DNA of 64,000 bases, taken from Octopus vulgaris. Lineage: Eukaryota. The DNA lies in the NCBI GenBank assembly GCA_951406725.2, contig OX597815.1, positions 74,400,001 to 74,464,000 on the forward strand, in the 5' to 3' direction. How positions within the stretch are numbered: the stretch's first letter is position 1; the number at the start of each line of letters is the position of its first letter. Positions 1 through 13,100 of the stretch are shown here, in pieces. Below the pieces are notes generated by a model, which worked only from the letters and a program-made list of their open reading frames with translations, ran no database searches and was not told the DNA's origin. The translations under genes and the position numbers were made by a program.

Positions 1-281
1 CATAAAATATGTGTGTAATGCTGTTAATTTTTATCATAATTAAACATATCCAGCAATTACAGCTTGAGATATACAGGTTAGCCATTCAAAAACATGCAAA
101 AACAGTTAACTTCACTTCAACCTTTTAGTGTGATGAAAATTTTGACACCAGATAATAGATATTTAAGCCAAGTCAGTAGTCTTTGTGTGTTATTGAATAG
201 TTAGTCTTTCATGCTGTAATTATTTTAGTTTCTACACACTATCTCAGATCATATTACTTGTCAGATGAGTACATCTCTTAA

Positions 282-472
282 TCCTTTAGCATTTAAACTG
301 GCCATATCCAGCCCAAATATTTTATCTGTTTTATGTTCAAACTGGCCAGATTTGGCTTCTTGACTATGCTAAAACGTCATTCTAAAAATAAACAATCACA
401 TCATTGAAATTTAGTTGCTACAAGATACTGCATAAGCATTACACTTGGCAGAATAATCTGAATGCTAAAGGA
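282..472. mobile_element. TTAA-flanked MITE (piggyBac-type ends)
   Basis: Perfect 12-bp TIR TCCTTTAGCATT/AATGCTAAAGGA between TTAA (278-281) and TTAA (473-476); related copy at 9508-9704. Confidence 0.8.
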
Positions 473-979
473 TTAAACATCTTTAAATTTACAAGTTTTA
501 AGCTGTAAATCTTGGAGGTACTAATAAGTTAGTTGCACTGAGAAACCCAACTAAAACAATTTGTATTTCACAAAGCTTGATACACTAAGGTATGTGAATG
601 CTTTGAATGATCAACCAAGTTCTAATTTATTTTCAATTTTTTTAAAAATTTGTGTGTGTGAAGGTTAATTGATTCAATTCAGTTATAACTTTATAAAGAA
701 TTATGGTATCAAAGATTGCTTTCCAACTTATTATCATCATTTAGCATCCATTTCCTATGCTGGCATGTGTTGGATGGTTCCACAGAAACTGATGAGCCAG
801 AGGATCGTTCCAAGCTTTAATGTCTATTTTGGCATGTTTTTATGGCTGGATGCCTTTCTTAATGCCAACCACTTTACAGAATATACTAGGTGCATCTTTT
901 CATGGCACTGCATGAAATGCTTCTAGAAAATCTTGAGTTTGTAAAATCTTAACTAAAAAATGTTTCTTGTCTACCTAGA

Positions 980-1375
980 TGCAAGCATGACTGTGTGGTA
1001 AAAAGCTTGCTTCCCAACCACATGGTTCTGGGTTCAGTCCCACTGCATGGCACCTCGGGCCTTAAACTAACCAAAGCCTTGTGAGTGGAGTAGGTAGACA
1101 AAAACTGAAACAAGCCTATGCTATTTTCATGTGAAAGTTCAATGATGATGATGATGATGTATATATATTCATGTGTGTCTCTGTATCTGTCCCCCCCCCC
1201 ATCACTTGACAACTGATGTTGGTGTGTTTACGTCCCTATAATGTAGTGGTTCAGCAAAAAGAGACAGATAGAATAAGTTCTAGGCTTACGAAGAATAAGT
1301 TCTGAGGTCGATTTCTTCAACTAAAACCATTAAAGCCATAGCTACAGTCAAATGACTGAAACATGTAAAAGAATA
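980..1375 (+). mobile_element. tRNA-headed SINE, family A (gcatggctgtgtggtaagaagcttgcttcccaaccacatgg...)
   Basis: A/B-box-like head (GGTTCAGTCC). Many similar copies, e.g. ~44915-45337, ~52250-52610, ~54808-55186, and minus copies ~2230-2580 and ~3600-3770. Boundaries approximate. Confidence 0.75.
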
Positions 1376-1558
1376 CAGACTATAGTCTGCTTTAGTGACC
1401 AGGCTTACTTGATAAAAGCAATTTATCCAATAATCAATTGATATGATGATGTTAAATTTAGAATTAATTTTAAATACATTGGAGTTAGTTAAGGAGAAAC
1501 AAGAGTGAACAGCTTTTAGAAAATAAAGTGTCATTGATGGTTTTCATTGTTAATTCAG

Positions 1559-1660
1559 TCCTCAACTACAAGAAGAACTGACGAAGACACGAGTTGAGAA
1601 GAGGAAGCTGAGAAAGATTCTTCGAGATTTTGAAAATGAATTCCTTAGTCAACATGGACG
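1559..1660 (+). CDS. FAM13A: FAM13A/B-like protein, third-last coding exon (PQLQEELTKTRVEKRKLRKILRDFENEFLSQHGR)
   Basis: Acceptor taattcAG and donor GTAAGT; 102 nt, phase 2 to 2. Translation resembles the FAM13 C-terminal coiled coil as recalled (EKKRIRKKLRDFEDNFFRQNGR). Confidence 0.9.
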
Positions 1661-1764
1661 GTAAGTGGCAATATTTTAGTGCTTAAAGTAACAATCAGTT
1701 GTATTTCTATGTCTCCCTTCATATCAGAAACATGTCTTTGTATTTGCTATTGTTGTTATTGCTG

Positions 1765-2075
1765 GTGCATGACTCAGTGGTTAGAGCATCAGGCTCAGTT
1801 ATGAGGCAGTGAATTGTGTTCTTGAGCAAGACACCTTTTTTTCACAATGCTCCAGTTCACTCAGCAGTAGAAATGAGTTGCAATATCACTGGTGCCAAGC
1901 TGTATCAGCCTTTGCTTTTCCCTTTAATAACATTGGTGGCATAGAGAGGGGAGGCTGGTATGCATAGGTGACTGCTAGTCTTCCATAAATAAACTTGCAT
2001 ACACTTGCACCTTGGAGGGTAACTTTATAGGTGCAATTCCATGTTCATTCATGACCAAAAGGGGTCTTTACCCTT
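1765..2075 (+). mobile_element. SINE-like repeat, family B (gctccagttcactcagc...ggtgccaagctgtatcagcc...gggggtctttacc)
   Basis: Clear second copy at ~41610-41873 and reverse partial copies at ~9230-9490, ~10660-10900 and ~11440-11670. Confidence 0.7.
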
Positions 2076-2677
2076 CTTATGCTTTACCTTAGATGTTGTT
2101 TGTTGTGTTCTTTTTTGTGCTAGAATGGGATAGACAAGTACATATTGTTGATTTTTTTTTTTTTTTTTTTTTTTAAAGTAAAGGATTTATTTTTATTCCA
2201 CAGTGCTAGGGGATTTAAATTTTATCCTTTACTTCTGTCATTGGACGACAGCCATGCTGGGGCACTGCCTTGAAGAGATTAGTCAAACAAGTCGACTCCA
2301 GTACTTATTTTTTAAGTCTTGTACTTATTCTGTTGGTCTCTTTTGCCAAACAGTTCAGTTACAGAAACATAAACAAACCAACACTGGTTGTCAAGCAGTG
2401 GGGGTGGGGAGGGAGCAAATACAAAGACATACATCTTTATCATTTAATGCAGTGCTGGCATGGGTTGGACACAATTAACTTCCATACAATTTCCATCTAT
2501 TGGCTCATGGCTATAATAGAAGATATTTGACTTAGGTGCTGTGCATGGGACCGAATCCTAAAACATGTGGTTTACCTGCACCTATTTGTTGATAGGGAAT
2601 TACCAATAAAGTTCACCATTTGCAGTTCAGTGCTATTTTCATGTGAACACTGAATGTAAGCATTAATACATACACAC

Positions 2678-2970
2678 ATCATCATCATCATTTAACATCC
2701 ATTGTCCTTACTGGCATGGGTTGGATGGTGTGACTAAAGCTGGAAGGCTGCACCAGACCTCAGTCTGATTTGGTGTGGTTTCTACCGCTGGATGCTCTTC
2801 CTAATGCCATCTACTTTACAGTGTGTGCTGGCTGCTTTTATGTGGTATCACATGGGCACTTTTACTGGTGTCACATGGGTGCTTTAACATGGCACTGTAT
2901 GGGTGCTTTTATGTGGCACCACATGGGCTCTTTTGTGTGACACACATGGGCGCTTTTGTGTGACACCACA
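2678..2970. mobile_element. (CAT)n-bounded repeat, family C, ending in a ~23-bp tandem unit
   Basis: catcatcatttaac..tccatgctggcatgggttgga..ggatgcccttcctaatgcc core also at ~735, 4220, 38850, 43810, 47560 and reversed at ~55460-55765. Confidence 0.7.
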
Positions 2971-4653
2971 CAGATTACATATGAATCTACTGACTAAGTA
3001 CACATAATTTGTTTCTACTCTTGACACATTCACATCTCTAAATGTATATAGACAGACAATTAGGAAAAAAGATGAGGTACGCTCTCACTGCTTGCTTCCT
3101 TCTACACACAACCAGCCACTATAGTCAGAGTTTCCAACTTGGTTACAAACTGAAGTCTGGCAGGTTAGATGTAGAAGAATTTGAGACTTGCATCCAAATC
3201 TCTATTTGGTTTCTTCTGTTTCATATTTGTATCTTAAGATAGAGCTGCTTAAGGTTATTCAACTCGAGAACAGCAACAACAACTTTGTGGTAACTGGCTC
3301 TAATCAGCTCGTTCAAATAAAGCTATTAAACACATCACTAATTATAGAAAAATTAGCAGTTTTTAGCATCCATTCTTCCATGCTTGCATGGGTTGGATGA
3401 AAATTGTTGATGAAAATTTTCTATGGCCAGATGCCTTTCCTGTTGTCAACCCTCACTTGTTACCAAAGAAGGTAATATTTCACCAAGGCCAAGCATGTTT
3501 TCACAGAACATTGGAAATGTATGCTGCTGCTTATATGACAATGACACTCATTTACAACTATCATGTAATGTCAAGACAAGGAGATGATACAAGCATACAC
3601 ACATATGACAGTCTTCTTTCAGTGTCTGTCTACCAAATCCATTTACAAGAATATGATTGACCTGGTACTATAGTAAAAGACATTTGCCTATGGTGCCATG
3701 GAGTAAGTCTGAACCTGAAACCATGTGGTTGAGATGCAAACTTCTTAACCACACAATCACATCTGTGCCTAGGCTATCCTGGGGCAGCATTTCAGATATT
3801 TTACTTCAGAAACTACATATGGCCCACTTCCCTTAAAAATTCCTGATGGACCTCAGATGAGCAAATAGTTCTGTTAAACCTGGCAGGATTTGAGACTTAA
3901 ATTCTCAGTCATCAAAGTAAGTCATTGATTGATTGTAATCTCATCACTTGTATGTGAATCAAAATCACATCTCAGAAGTAAAATGAGTATCGTTGCCATC
4001 ACACAAACTTCTATGGTTGTTGCCTGGTCTGATAGAAATAGCAACCACATTTCCTTCAAACCATACCCCTGATTATTGTAAAAAAATACACATTGGATAA
4101 TGTGATCTGACATGTAGTGTTACTAAAAAACAAAAAAGGGACAGTCGTAGCTTGAATATCTCTAATCACCAATATGCTCCATCAAAGCCAACCTGTGACT
4201 GAACAACAATATTTATATATCATTATCACTTAGCATCCATTTTCCATACTGGCTTCAGCTAGATGTTTTGACAGGATCTGGTGAGCTGCAGGGTTGCACC
4301 AAGCCCTGATGTCAGCTTTGGCATGGCTTCTATGGCTTGATGTCCTCTAAAACCAACCACTTTACACAGTGTACTGTGTGGTACTGGGTGCTTTTCTCAT
4401 GCCACTATCACTTAAGGGCTTGCCAAATAATTTATAAGACAAGAAAAGTGCAGGAAAAAGAAAACGTGCCCTCTATTAAGTGGGTGGTGTGGGGGTAGTT
4501 TTTGAGATGTGGATGGCTTTATGCCAGATTTTAACCGGTTAAAGTATGAAAGAGGGTTATAATTTTAAGTCATTTGGAACTTTAATCAATTTTTTTCTCT
4601 AGATTTCTCTACCAATTCTTCTGTTTCCTTCTATTACGATAAAATTCTCTGTT

Positions 4654-4694
<41 letters not shown>

Positions 4695-4706
4695 TTATTT
4701 TTCCAG

Positions 4707-4761
4707 AAAAGTGCAGAAAGAAGATAAAATTCCTTTACAAGAAGATTACCAAGAATACAAA
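4707..4761 (+). CDS. FAM13A: FAM13A/B-like protein, penultimate coding exon (KVQKEDKIPLQEDYQEYK)
   Basis: Acceptor ttttccAG and donor GTAAGG; 55 nt, completes the CG+A codon from the previous exon. Resembles NVQKEDRTPMAEEYSEYK. Confidence 0.9.
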
Positions 4762-5552
4762 GTAAGGTTAAATTTTGTGTTTCAAAACCATTTTTACACA
4801 TTCACAATATTTGTATTAGTTTAAATAAATAAAACTTGCTTTGATTTGCCATAATCATCATTTTAATGTCCACTTATCTGTGCTTGTATGGGTTAGATAG
4901 GTAGTTGAACCAGGTTTTCTATGCTTGGATGCCCTTCCTATTACTAACCTGCACCTGTTTCCAAGTAAAATCATCTTTCCCCATGGTCAGATATATTTTT
5001 GCAGAATATTAGATATGAATAACACTGCTTGTATGTCTCCACTCCCAGGCTTGTATATATACATATTTCTAGGAGCAGGCATGTGATTAAGTTTGCTTCT
5101 AAACCACATGGTTTTGGGTTCAATCCCACTGTGAAACCTTGGACAAGGGTCTTCTACTCTAGCTCCAGACTGATGAAAGCCTTGTGAGTGAATTTGGTTG
5201 ATGAAAACTGGAGAAAACCTGGTGTCCCCCCCCCCCGCCGTCCATCCATCCATCTGTCCATGTCCATATTTTGACATTATGTTACAGTTGTAAATAAGTG
5301 TCACTGTCATACAAGCAGTGTTGTTCATCTCCAGTATTTTGTAAAAACATGTCTGGCCATGGGATAGTACTATCTTGGCAATAGGAAGGGCATCCAGCTG
5401 AAAAAAATGTGCCACAGGGAACTCTGAACAATCTATGCAAGCATAGAAAAGGAATGCTAAAATGATTTTGATGATGATGATGATGATGCTAATGTGAGAT
5501 ATCATATTTTTGTGACTAATTGTCATTTCTGTTTTTCCTTTTTCTCTTGCAG

Positions 5553-5618
5553 CAAGTAAAAGCTAGGTTACGTCTACTTGAGGCACTGCTCTCCAAATAC
5601 CAGCAACAGAAACTGTAA
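5553..5618 (+). CDS. FAM13A: FAM13A/B-like protein, last coding exon (QVKARLRLLEALLSKYQQQKL*)
   Basis: Long pyrimidine tract plus gcAG, phase 0, TAA at 5616-5618. Resembles the FAM13 terminus HIKAKLRLLEVLISK. The A versus B paralog label is arbitrary for an invertebrate. Confidence 0.9.
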   Translation, partial: QVKARLRLLEALLSKYQQQKL

Positions 5619-8600
5619 GCATGTGGTTGTTATTTCTGTTGTTGTTATTGTTATTGCCATCACTGTCAACTTGACTCTGAGCTGTATCGGTGTTTTACTA
5701 ACAATTCACATTGAACCAGTTCCAACAGAAGGAAGGCTCTTCTGCACAGTTCCATATGATTTACAACTTAAAGAACTTTGTCTGAAATAACCTTCATCCC
5801 GTCTGTATATTATTGCTGCCTGCGCAGATAATCTGAAGTTCCATCTTGTTTTATTGAACTGTCTGCAAACTGAAAACTATTGCTCACTGATATTCCTGCT
5901 GTAGCACTTCTACCAATATCACTTTCCCCCCATCTGGTGAGATTTTATACCAATCAGAGAAGAGAGAAATGTTGCAAGACAACCAAACTGTTCGTGCTGA
6001 TAACACACAAAATCAAAGTCTAATTGCTGCCATTAAACATCTATTGTAACTGTTTCATTACCAAAGACATTTCTTTTCATTAAAGACCAAGTGTTTATGC
6101 AAACTACTCAAAACAATCTGCTTAAGAATTTGTTCTGTTTCTGCCTTGTGCCTCACTGTTTCAGCTTGAGAACCAACCCTTCCCTCATGTTGTTGTCATT
6201 TTGTTTTTATTTATACCCCCTCTTCCTTTCCACCACCTTTCATAGAGCTGTCACTGTACAAGATAGTTGCTACTGTTTCTGTTTTTGTTGTTAGTAGCTG
6301 ACTATGTATAATAGTAATAATAATAGTAGTCAGAGCATTGTGAAACAATCATTTGCAGTTTAGAATCTTGATGATGATGATAAATACACACACATACACA
6401 CAATAACAAACATACATACATACATATATATATATATGTACACACACACACACCTGAGCTATCTTGTTCTTCTTCCAACTTCAGTATTCCACGGTAAAAC
6501 TAGGTCTACTGCTATGATGGAATGTAGCAGTTACATATTCTACCATTTTTGAAACGGAACCCTCCACATCACACAGAATACCTGATTTACTCTGTTTTTT
6601 AAAATCATTTTTTTTTTAAAGTTCCTTCAAAGAAAATGCTTCTGTTAAAGTAAAAAATGATCTCTGATTGTTTTGGAAAAGATATATTAAAACATGTTAT
6701 TGTAGCTTGAAGCATAATTAGTGGTTATATATATATATATATATACATACATACACCTGGACAGACATCTCTCAATTAAACTGGAATCAAAGCTGAAATC
6801 TATTTCTATGTTTTTTGGGGAAACTTAACCAACAGCTTATGCTTACATTACACACCAGTGCCATTTATTTGATGGTAATTATTCAGACTTTGGGAAAAGC
6901 TAAACCCTAAAGAGATTTAAAGATCTATTGTTACTGAGTCCAAATTATTACTCTGACTTGACTAGCTCCCTTGTTTTGGTGATCATGCATTACAAAACAA
7001 AAATAAAATCATCTGATCTGCATTCAAGACATTATTTATTTTATTTATTTACCTTTATTAAAAAGAAAACATTTATTACCAACGAAGTTCTTCTAACTTA
7101 GCTTTCTGCTAATATGTATAAAAACAGAAGTTTGCTACCTGTTGCTGGGAGTAATTCCAGGGAAATAAATGTAAACTGCGTCACACAATCTAAAGCCATC
7201 ATCTTCATATTGTTTTGGCTGTCATTATCGCAGGATATCTTGTCTGTTGGACTTAATTAGTTCTGTATACACTCTTCTCTTAATTATGAAAGGATAAAAC
7301 ATTTTCCTTGGTTTCGAATGGTTAAGTGTGAGCAGGTAAAAAAAAAAGATTAAAATTCAAAATAAAAAGATGGGAAAGGAAAGAAGGAATGGAAATATGT
7401 TGTTTTAGTGAAATGTTATGAAAAAAAAACGCCAAAAAGAAAATACAAAAATCAATAAATAATAATTGAGAATTTTCTGAAACCTCTAACTGGACTTAAC
7501 ATTCAATACTGTTGTGATCAGTTTTGTTATAGATATTTGGTAGAGTTTTGCAGTAAAGTCTGTCCAAAACTGTGATAACTTTTTCATTGAAAGCTCTTGC
7601 AATGGATGTGTTAATGTTCAGCAGACACCTGTCTGTTTGCTGCTTTGTAATCTGCTTTGTGAATTGCTACACTTGACAGCAGTATAACAGAGAAAGAACG
7701 AATACCAAAGAGGCTGGGATAAACATTCCTGTTGGTTTCTGAAGTGATTTCTTCTGTTTGTTTTATATATATTTTTTAATCTTTGTAGAAAAAATGTTTT
7801 GGATTAGTAGACATAATTTTTTGCTAATTTCCAAAGTTGGATGTCTTCATATCTTCCTGTGGGTTGTCAAGTATTTTAACCTGCTAGAAATAGTTTTACG
7901 AAGGTGTGGTATTGGTTTATACAACAGTATGTTACATTGTCAGCATGTAGGAATATATGTTTGGTGGATCACAAGCTCTCATGCTTCATGTTTGGAGAAC
8001 AAATGTAGCTCTTGACTTATTGCTATCAAACTGGATTAAGAATTAAAGACAAAGCAGGAAAGTTTAACCATTTTTTTTTAAAAGACTCTATTGAATTATA
8101 AATAGTTAAAAAAGTGATACAAAATGTAAAAATAGAAAATGCATATCTTCTGTTTTCTGCTGTTTTAATGATATTGTTGGATGTTGTTCCTACATAAACT
8201 TTAAATTTAATTCCTAGTTTTTAACATAATCATTTTTGTTGCGAGGTACTTAAATTTTAGTAATTTTAACTGCTGGAATAGAACTGAAATATGTAACATC
8301 ATAATATATATATTTATATATATATATATATATAAATAAAATAAATATGTTATTGTTTCTAGTATTGATTTTTTAGAAAAAATCATTTCCATCTTCGCAT
8401 ATTTTAGCTTTTAATTCCGAGAAAAATGTTCTTCTAATATCTTAAGAGTTGAGGCCAAATATTTTACACACACATACACACACACTCTCTCTCTTTCTTA
8501 GATCTTATTGAAAGAATATTATTTGTTCTCTAATAGTTTCTGATCAGCAAGTTATGCTTGCTATAACAAGGGTAAGGATTAGCATGGCACAAATTCATTT

Positions 8601-9507
8601 TTGGTACCTGTTGTCAGCAAAACTTATCCTAGTAAATGGGGATTGGTTATGCAAGTGGGTCAGAGATAAAGTTAAATTCCCTTTTTGATCAGTAATGACA
8701 GGTGTGTGTGTATGATTATGTATTAAACTTGTTAAGAATTTAGTATCTGTGTATTGTGGTTTGCACTTCCTTTATTCATAACCATTTCAATTTTAAACTA
8801 TTTTACCTTTTATTTTCATTCAAGTGTATGTGAATAATCACTTGAATAATGTTATAATATTATTTAATAAGCAAATATATTAATTTTTCTTTACAAGGCA
8901 TGTTAGGGTACTGCCCTAAGAGATTTTAGATGATTTTTTTTATTGATTTCTATTTATCAATTTGCTAAGTCCGAATTGGTCTAAAGGGCCATAACTGAAT
9001 ACCTAAATGCCACATTTTATTCTCTGCAACAATTCTCTCTCCCTCTCCAGTCAAATTTCACTCTATTAGTTAATCTGAGACTATGACAGTAGACACTTGC
9101 TCAAAGGTATTGCACAGTGGGATCAAACCTAAAACCAAATGATTGCAAAGCAGACTGCTTAACTGCAGTCTTGCTTGCATCCAGTGTTCTTTAAAAAATT
9201 AGGTCTTAAGTCTGTTACAAACCCTATGGGCTCATTAGGCTAGAGTTTATCTCAGTTTACATAGCATCTAAGGGAGTGAGAGTATGATACTGCTACTGAA
9301 CGGGATGCCAGCCTGCTGCAGGATTAACTCCTCTGTCCAGCTGCTGCTGAGATACATTTTCAGCTGAGTGAACTGGAGCAACATGAAATGAAGTAATTTT
9401 CTCAAGAATACAGTGTACCACCCAGTCTGGAGAAACGAAACCACAACGTTACTATCATGAACCCAACACCCTAACTAAGCACTAAGGCAGACCTTCACAT
9501 TCTTTAA

Positions 9508-9704
9508 CCCTTTAACATTTACACTAGCCATATCTGACCAAAATATTCTACCTCTTTTATGTTCAAAACCTTTTACACCAACTTTACAATGTCATTCTAA
9601 AAATAAACAATCATATCATCAAAACCTCACAGCTACAAGATAATGCATGACTTACTCAAAACAATGTGAATTACATTTGACAGAGCAATCTGAATGCTAA
9701 AGGG
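9508..9704. mobile_element. TTAA-flanked MITE, same family as 282-472
   Basis: TTAA-CCCTTTAACATT ... AATGCTAAAGGG-TTAA; shares the internal gtcattctaaaaataaacaatca. Confidence 0.8.
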
Positions 9705-10109
9705 TTAAAATAATTTTTGTAAAAGAAATTACCTTGTTCTTAATAACAATGGTTCTGTTTAATTTCAATATATCAGGCAGTTAATTCTTTATGATAACTG
9801 TTATAGTATCATTCATCAGTTGAGATCTTGTGTGTTTTGTGTGTATGTAATCAATGGCATTTCACTAGGAGTTTTAGTAGTCACAGCTTTGAATTATGTT
9901 GGGTAGATGGATTCATTTGATATTTTCTTTGGGAGGATCACTGGTTATTTGTTCTTCTTTTTGATGGTCAAGGCCAATTACTGAAAGTTAATTGGCTATG
10001 AAATCTTACCCACCCTCTATCTTCCCTATCTTTATCTCTATAACATTAGTATATACAGTTCTAATGAAAACTGCTCTGGAGTAATAAATTAACTGTCTGT
10101 CATATTGTG

Positions 10110-10153
<44 letters not shown>

Positions 10154-13100
10154 TACATGCACACACACACACACGAAAATCAATGGATGATACCCATTCT
10201 CTGCAGTACTACTTGAGTCAGTGAGACAGCTTTTATTTAGTCGCTTGATCTGTTAGAAACAGTAGCCAAATCCCCCCCAAACTCCACTGTACTATCATAA
10301 ATAAAAGAAGTACACATTAGATAATGTACTTTTGGATATGTTGTCTGAAAATAAGGTGAGGTAGTCATGGCTAGAATACATTGATCATAGGTGACCTGGA
10401 CACTGTTGTAGTAAATAACATACATTATTACTCTAAATAAATGTTTATTAAATGGTTATATATTTTCTAATAAGTTGATTTATTGAGAAAATTTTATTTC
10501 CTGGAATCTGTTATTTGGTCCATTTAATTACACATTTTTGTTTTCACCCTGTTGTTTTAGTTTTGACAGACTGAAGTTTCACAACAAAACATCTTTGGCT
10601 TCTTTTGAATACTAGCAAATATATATATGCTTAGGTCTATAATGAACCTTGGGACTCATAAGGTCAAGCTTAATCCAGTTTCCTTGGTTTATAAGTGACT
10701 GAAATGATAACACTCCACTGCACCCCCTGAATGGGGTGCCAGTCCATCACAAGGTTAACTTCCCTGCTATTGGTTGAACTCATTTACAGTTGAGTGAACT
10801 GGAGCAGTGTGAAATAAAATGGTTTGCTCAAGAACACAATACGTTGCCTGGTTCAGGAATCAAAACCACAATTTTATAATTGAGTGTAGCACCCTAACTA
10901 GGTCTTGGGCCTTTTTACAATCATACATACTGTTGTTAAACTTTCACTCTTTTGATACCAACCTGTCTGAGACCACCCCAGGTTCTATCTCATAATGTTT
11001 TAAAGTGGTCCAAATTTTTTATCTTCCATCAAAATTTTGTGCTAATTCGTTCCAGACCCCTGCTTAATAATGAGAAAATTATTTTGTTAAATACTTCATT
11101 ATTTTAGAAATGAATTGAAACAAAGGCAGTGTATGTTGACAAAAATATGGTAAGGCAAGGATTAAATGTTCTTGGGGGTGAAATATCTGAAAGTGTGAGA
11201 ATGATTTAAATTTTATGGAATATAAATTCTGCTACAAAAGCAAGAAGAGTGTTTAAAGCTAACAAAAGCATTGGCAATCTTTTATTATAAAGTCACCATT
11301 GTTTCACTCCATTCAAGTTCGACAGTTTGCTGGGGTTTTTTTTTAATCCTGGGGAGCTGCAGTTAGCTTAATGTGGTAATGTCCAAAAGAATCATTATCA
11401 TCATCATCAACTCCTGGCCATCACTGTTTCGAGTCCTCAAACTCATAGGGCTGGTTACCTGGTTTTCATGGTGTAAAAGTAACCAAGATCACAATATTTT
11501 CCCTTGAACAGGATGCCAGTCCATTGCAGGGTTACTCAATCACAGCTCAGTGGACTGGAACAATGTGAAATGAAATGTTTTGCTCAAGAACACAATACAC
11601 CGCCCAGCTCTGGAATCGAAACCATGGTCTTGTGATTGTAAGTAGAATACCCTAAGCACTAGGCCACGTGCCTTTGTTCCAAAAAGTTGCTGGAATCTTA
11701 ACCATACTTTACTTGTATGTCCAGAAAATTTTCTATTGTGCAATGGTGTGATTTTTCTGTCATGTGGCTCAAAGCAGATCATTTAAGGCATTTTTGTTTG
11801 TGATTGTTATATAACCAAGTACAGTTGGAATAATTTCTCATTCAGTGATATAGGTATAGGCTTGCATGCTATTTTCATGTATTATAAACTTGTCTTCAGT
11901 GCTCTGTCAAAAGTAATTATTATAATAATAATAATAATGGTGGTTTCTTTTATTTTTTACAATAATGGTTTCTGTTGTGATAATACTGTTCATAGGGCAA
12001 CCGTTTTATAGAATTTTATACTGTAGCTTTTAAATGGATTTGATCTTTTCTTTTTGTTACATATATATTTAAACAGTTTACTTATCATTTCATGTGGAAG
12101 TCTCCAAAAAGATTCTATGATTTTAGTAAAATCAGTTGTTTTAGGTAATATTCTTTATGACAAGGGGAAAAAATTGGTAACAGAACTCATGCCCTCTCAA
12201 TTTATTATCTTTTCTGTCATATTTTGGACTCTAAGGTTCTCTGACATAACAGCTTCATCATGCTTCAGTAATGTTTTGGTGTTTAGGGTATAGTATGTTG
12301 AAAAGGTTTGATTCCATGAGTAAGTGGTTAACATTGGAATGTTGATCATCCACCTGAAGACATGATACTGTTTATGGAAGGAATGATCTTCACTCGGGGA
12401 ACATTTTAATTGGTCAAAAGTTCACGACATCAGATGAACATTTTAGATGGTGAACATGTTTACCAGACAACTGTGCCATCGTTCATGAAAGTGTAAAGGA
12501 AAAGTTTTATACATGCTGCATTATTTATTATCATTGATGGATGGTATGGTGAGTCAATAACCCCTTGTTAATTGACATGTTTGTGAGTCTGTGACCAAGT
12601 TAGAATCCACTTCACTTATATCCTTGGGAAAGGCATAAACATCACAACTTCCAATTCCCCATTCATATAAATTTGAGGCTTGTTACCTATGTAAAAAAAA
12701 ATAAATAAAAAAAACCCTCATTATTTTGTAAGCATCGGTTACCAATGTTGGTAGAGAATTGTTTTCTTGCTTCGGCCATGGCAACTGGGAAACACTGAAG
12801 CAGCCAAATCTGTGTATATATTTTTCTCTTCTTACTTTTAGAGTATACAAGACTTTTTTTTTTTTTGTGGGTGGGATTAGGAAATAGATTCTATCTCTAG
12901 CTACCTGCTCCACATTATTTTCTCTCTTCTAACATATTATTGCATAATCGAAAGTGGGGTTAGATAAAACTTACTGGGCAGAAGTATGGTAAAGTACACA
13001 CATGCATATCCAATATATCTTGTATGTACAGTTAGATGTGTGAGTTTAGCAGTCCATGTAGAGTTTCATCATCCAGTCTTCTTCCAGTATAGTGGTGTGG

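Noticed and set aside
4987-5526. 179-aa minus-strand ORF
   Set aside because: Made of SINE pieces inside a FAM13 intron; no protein-like signal.
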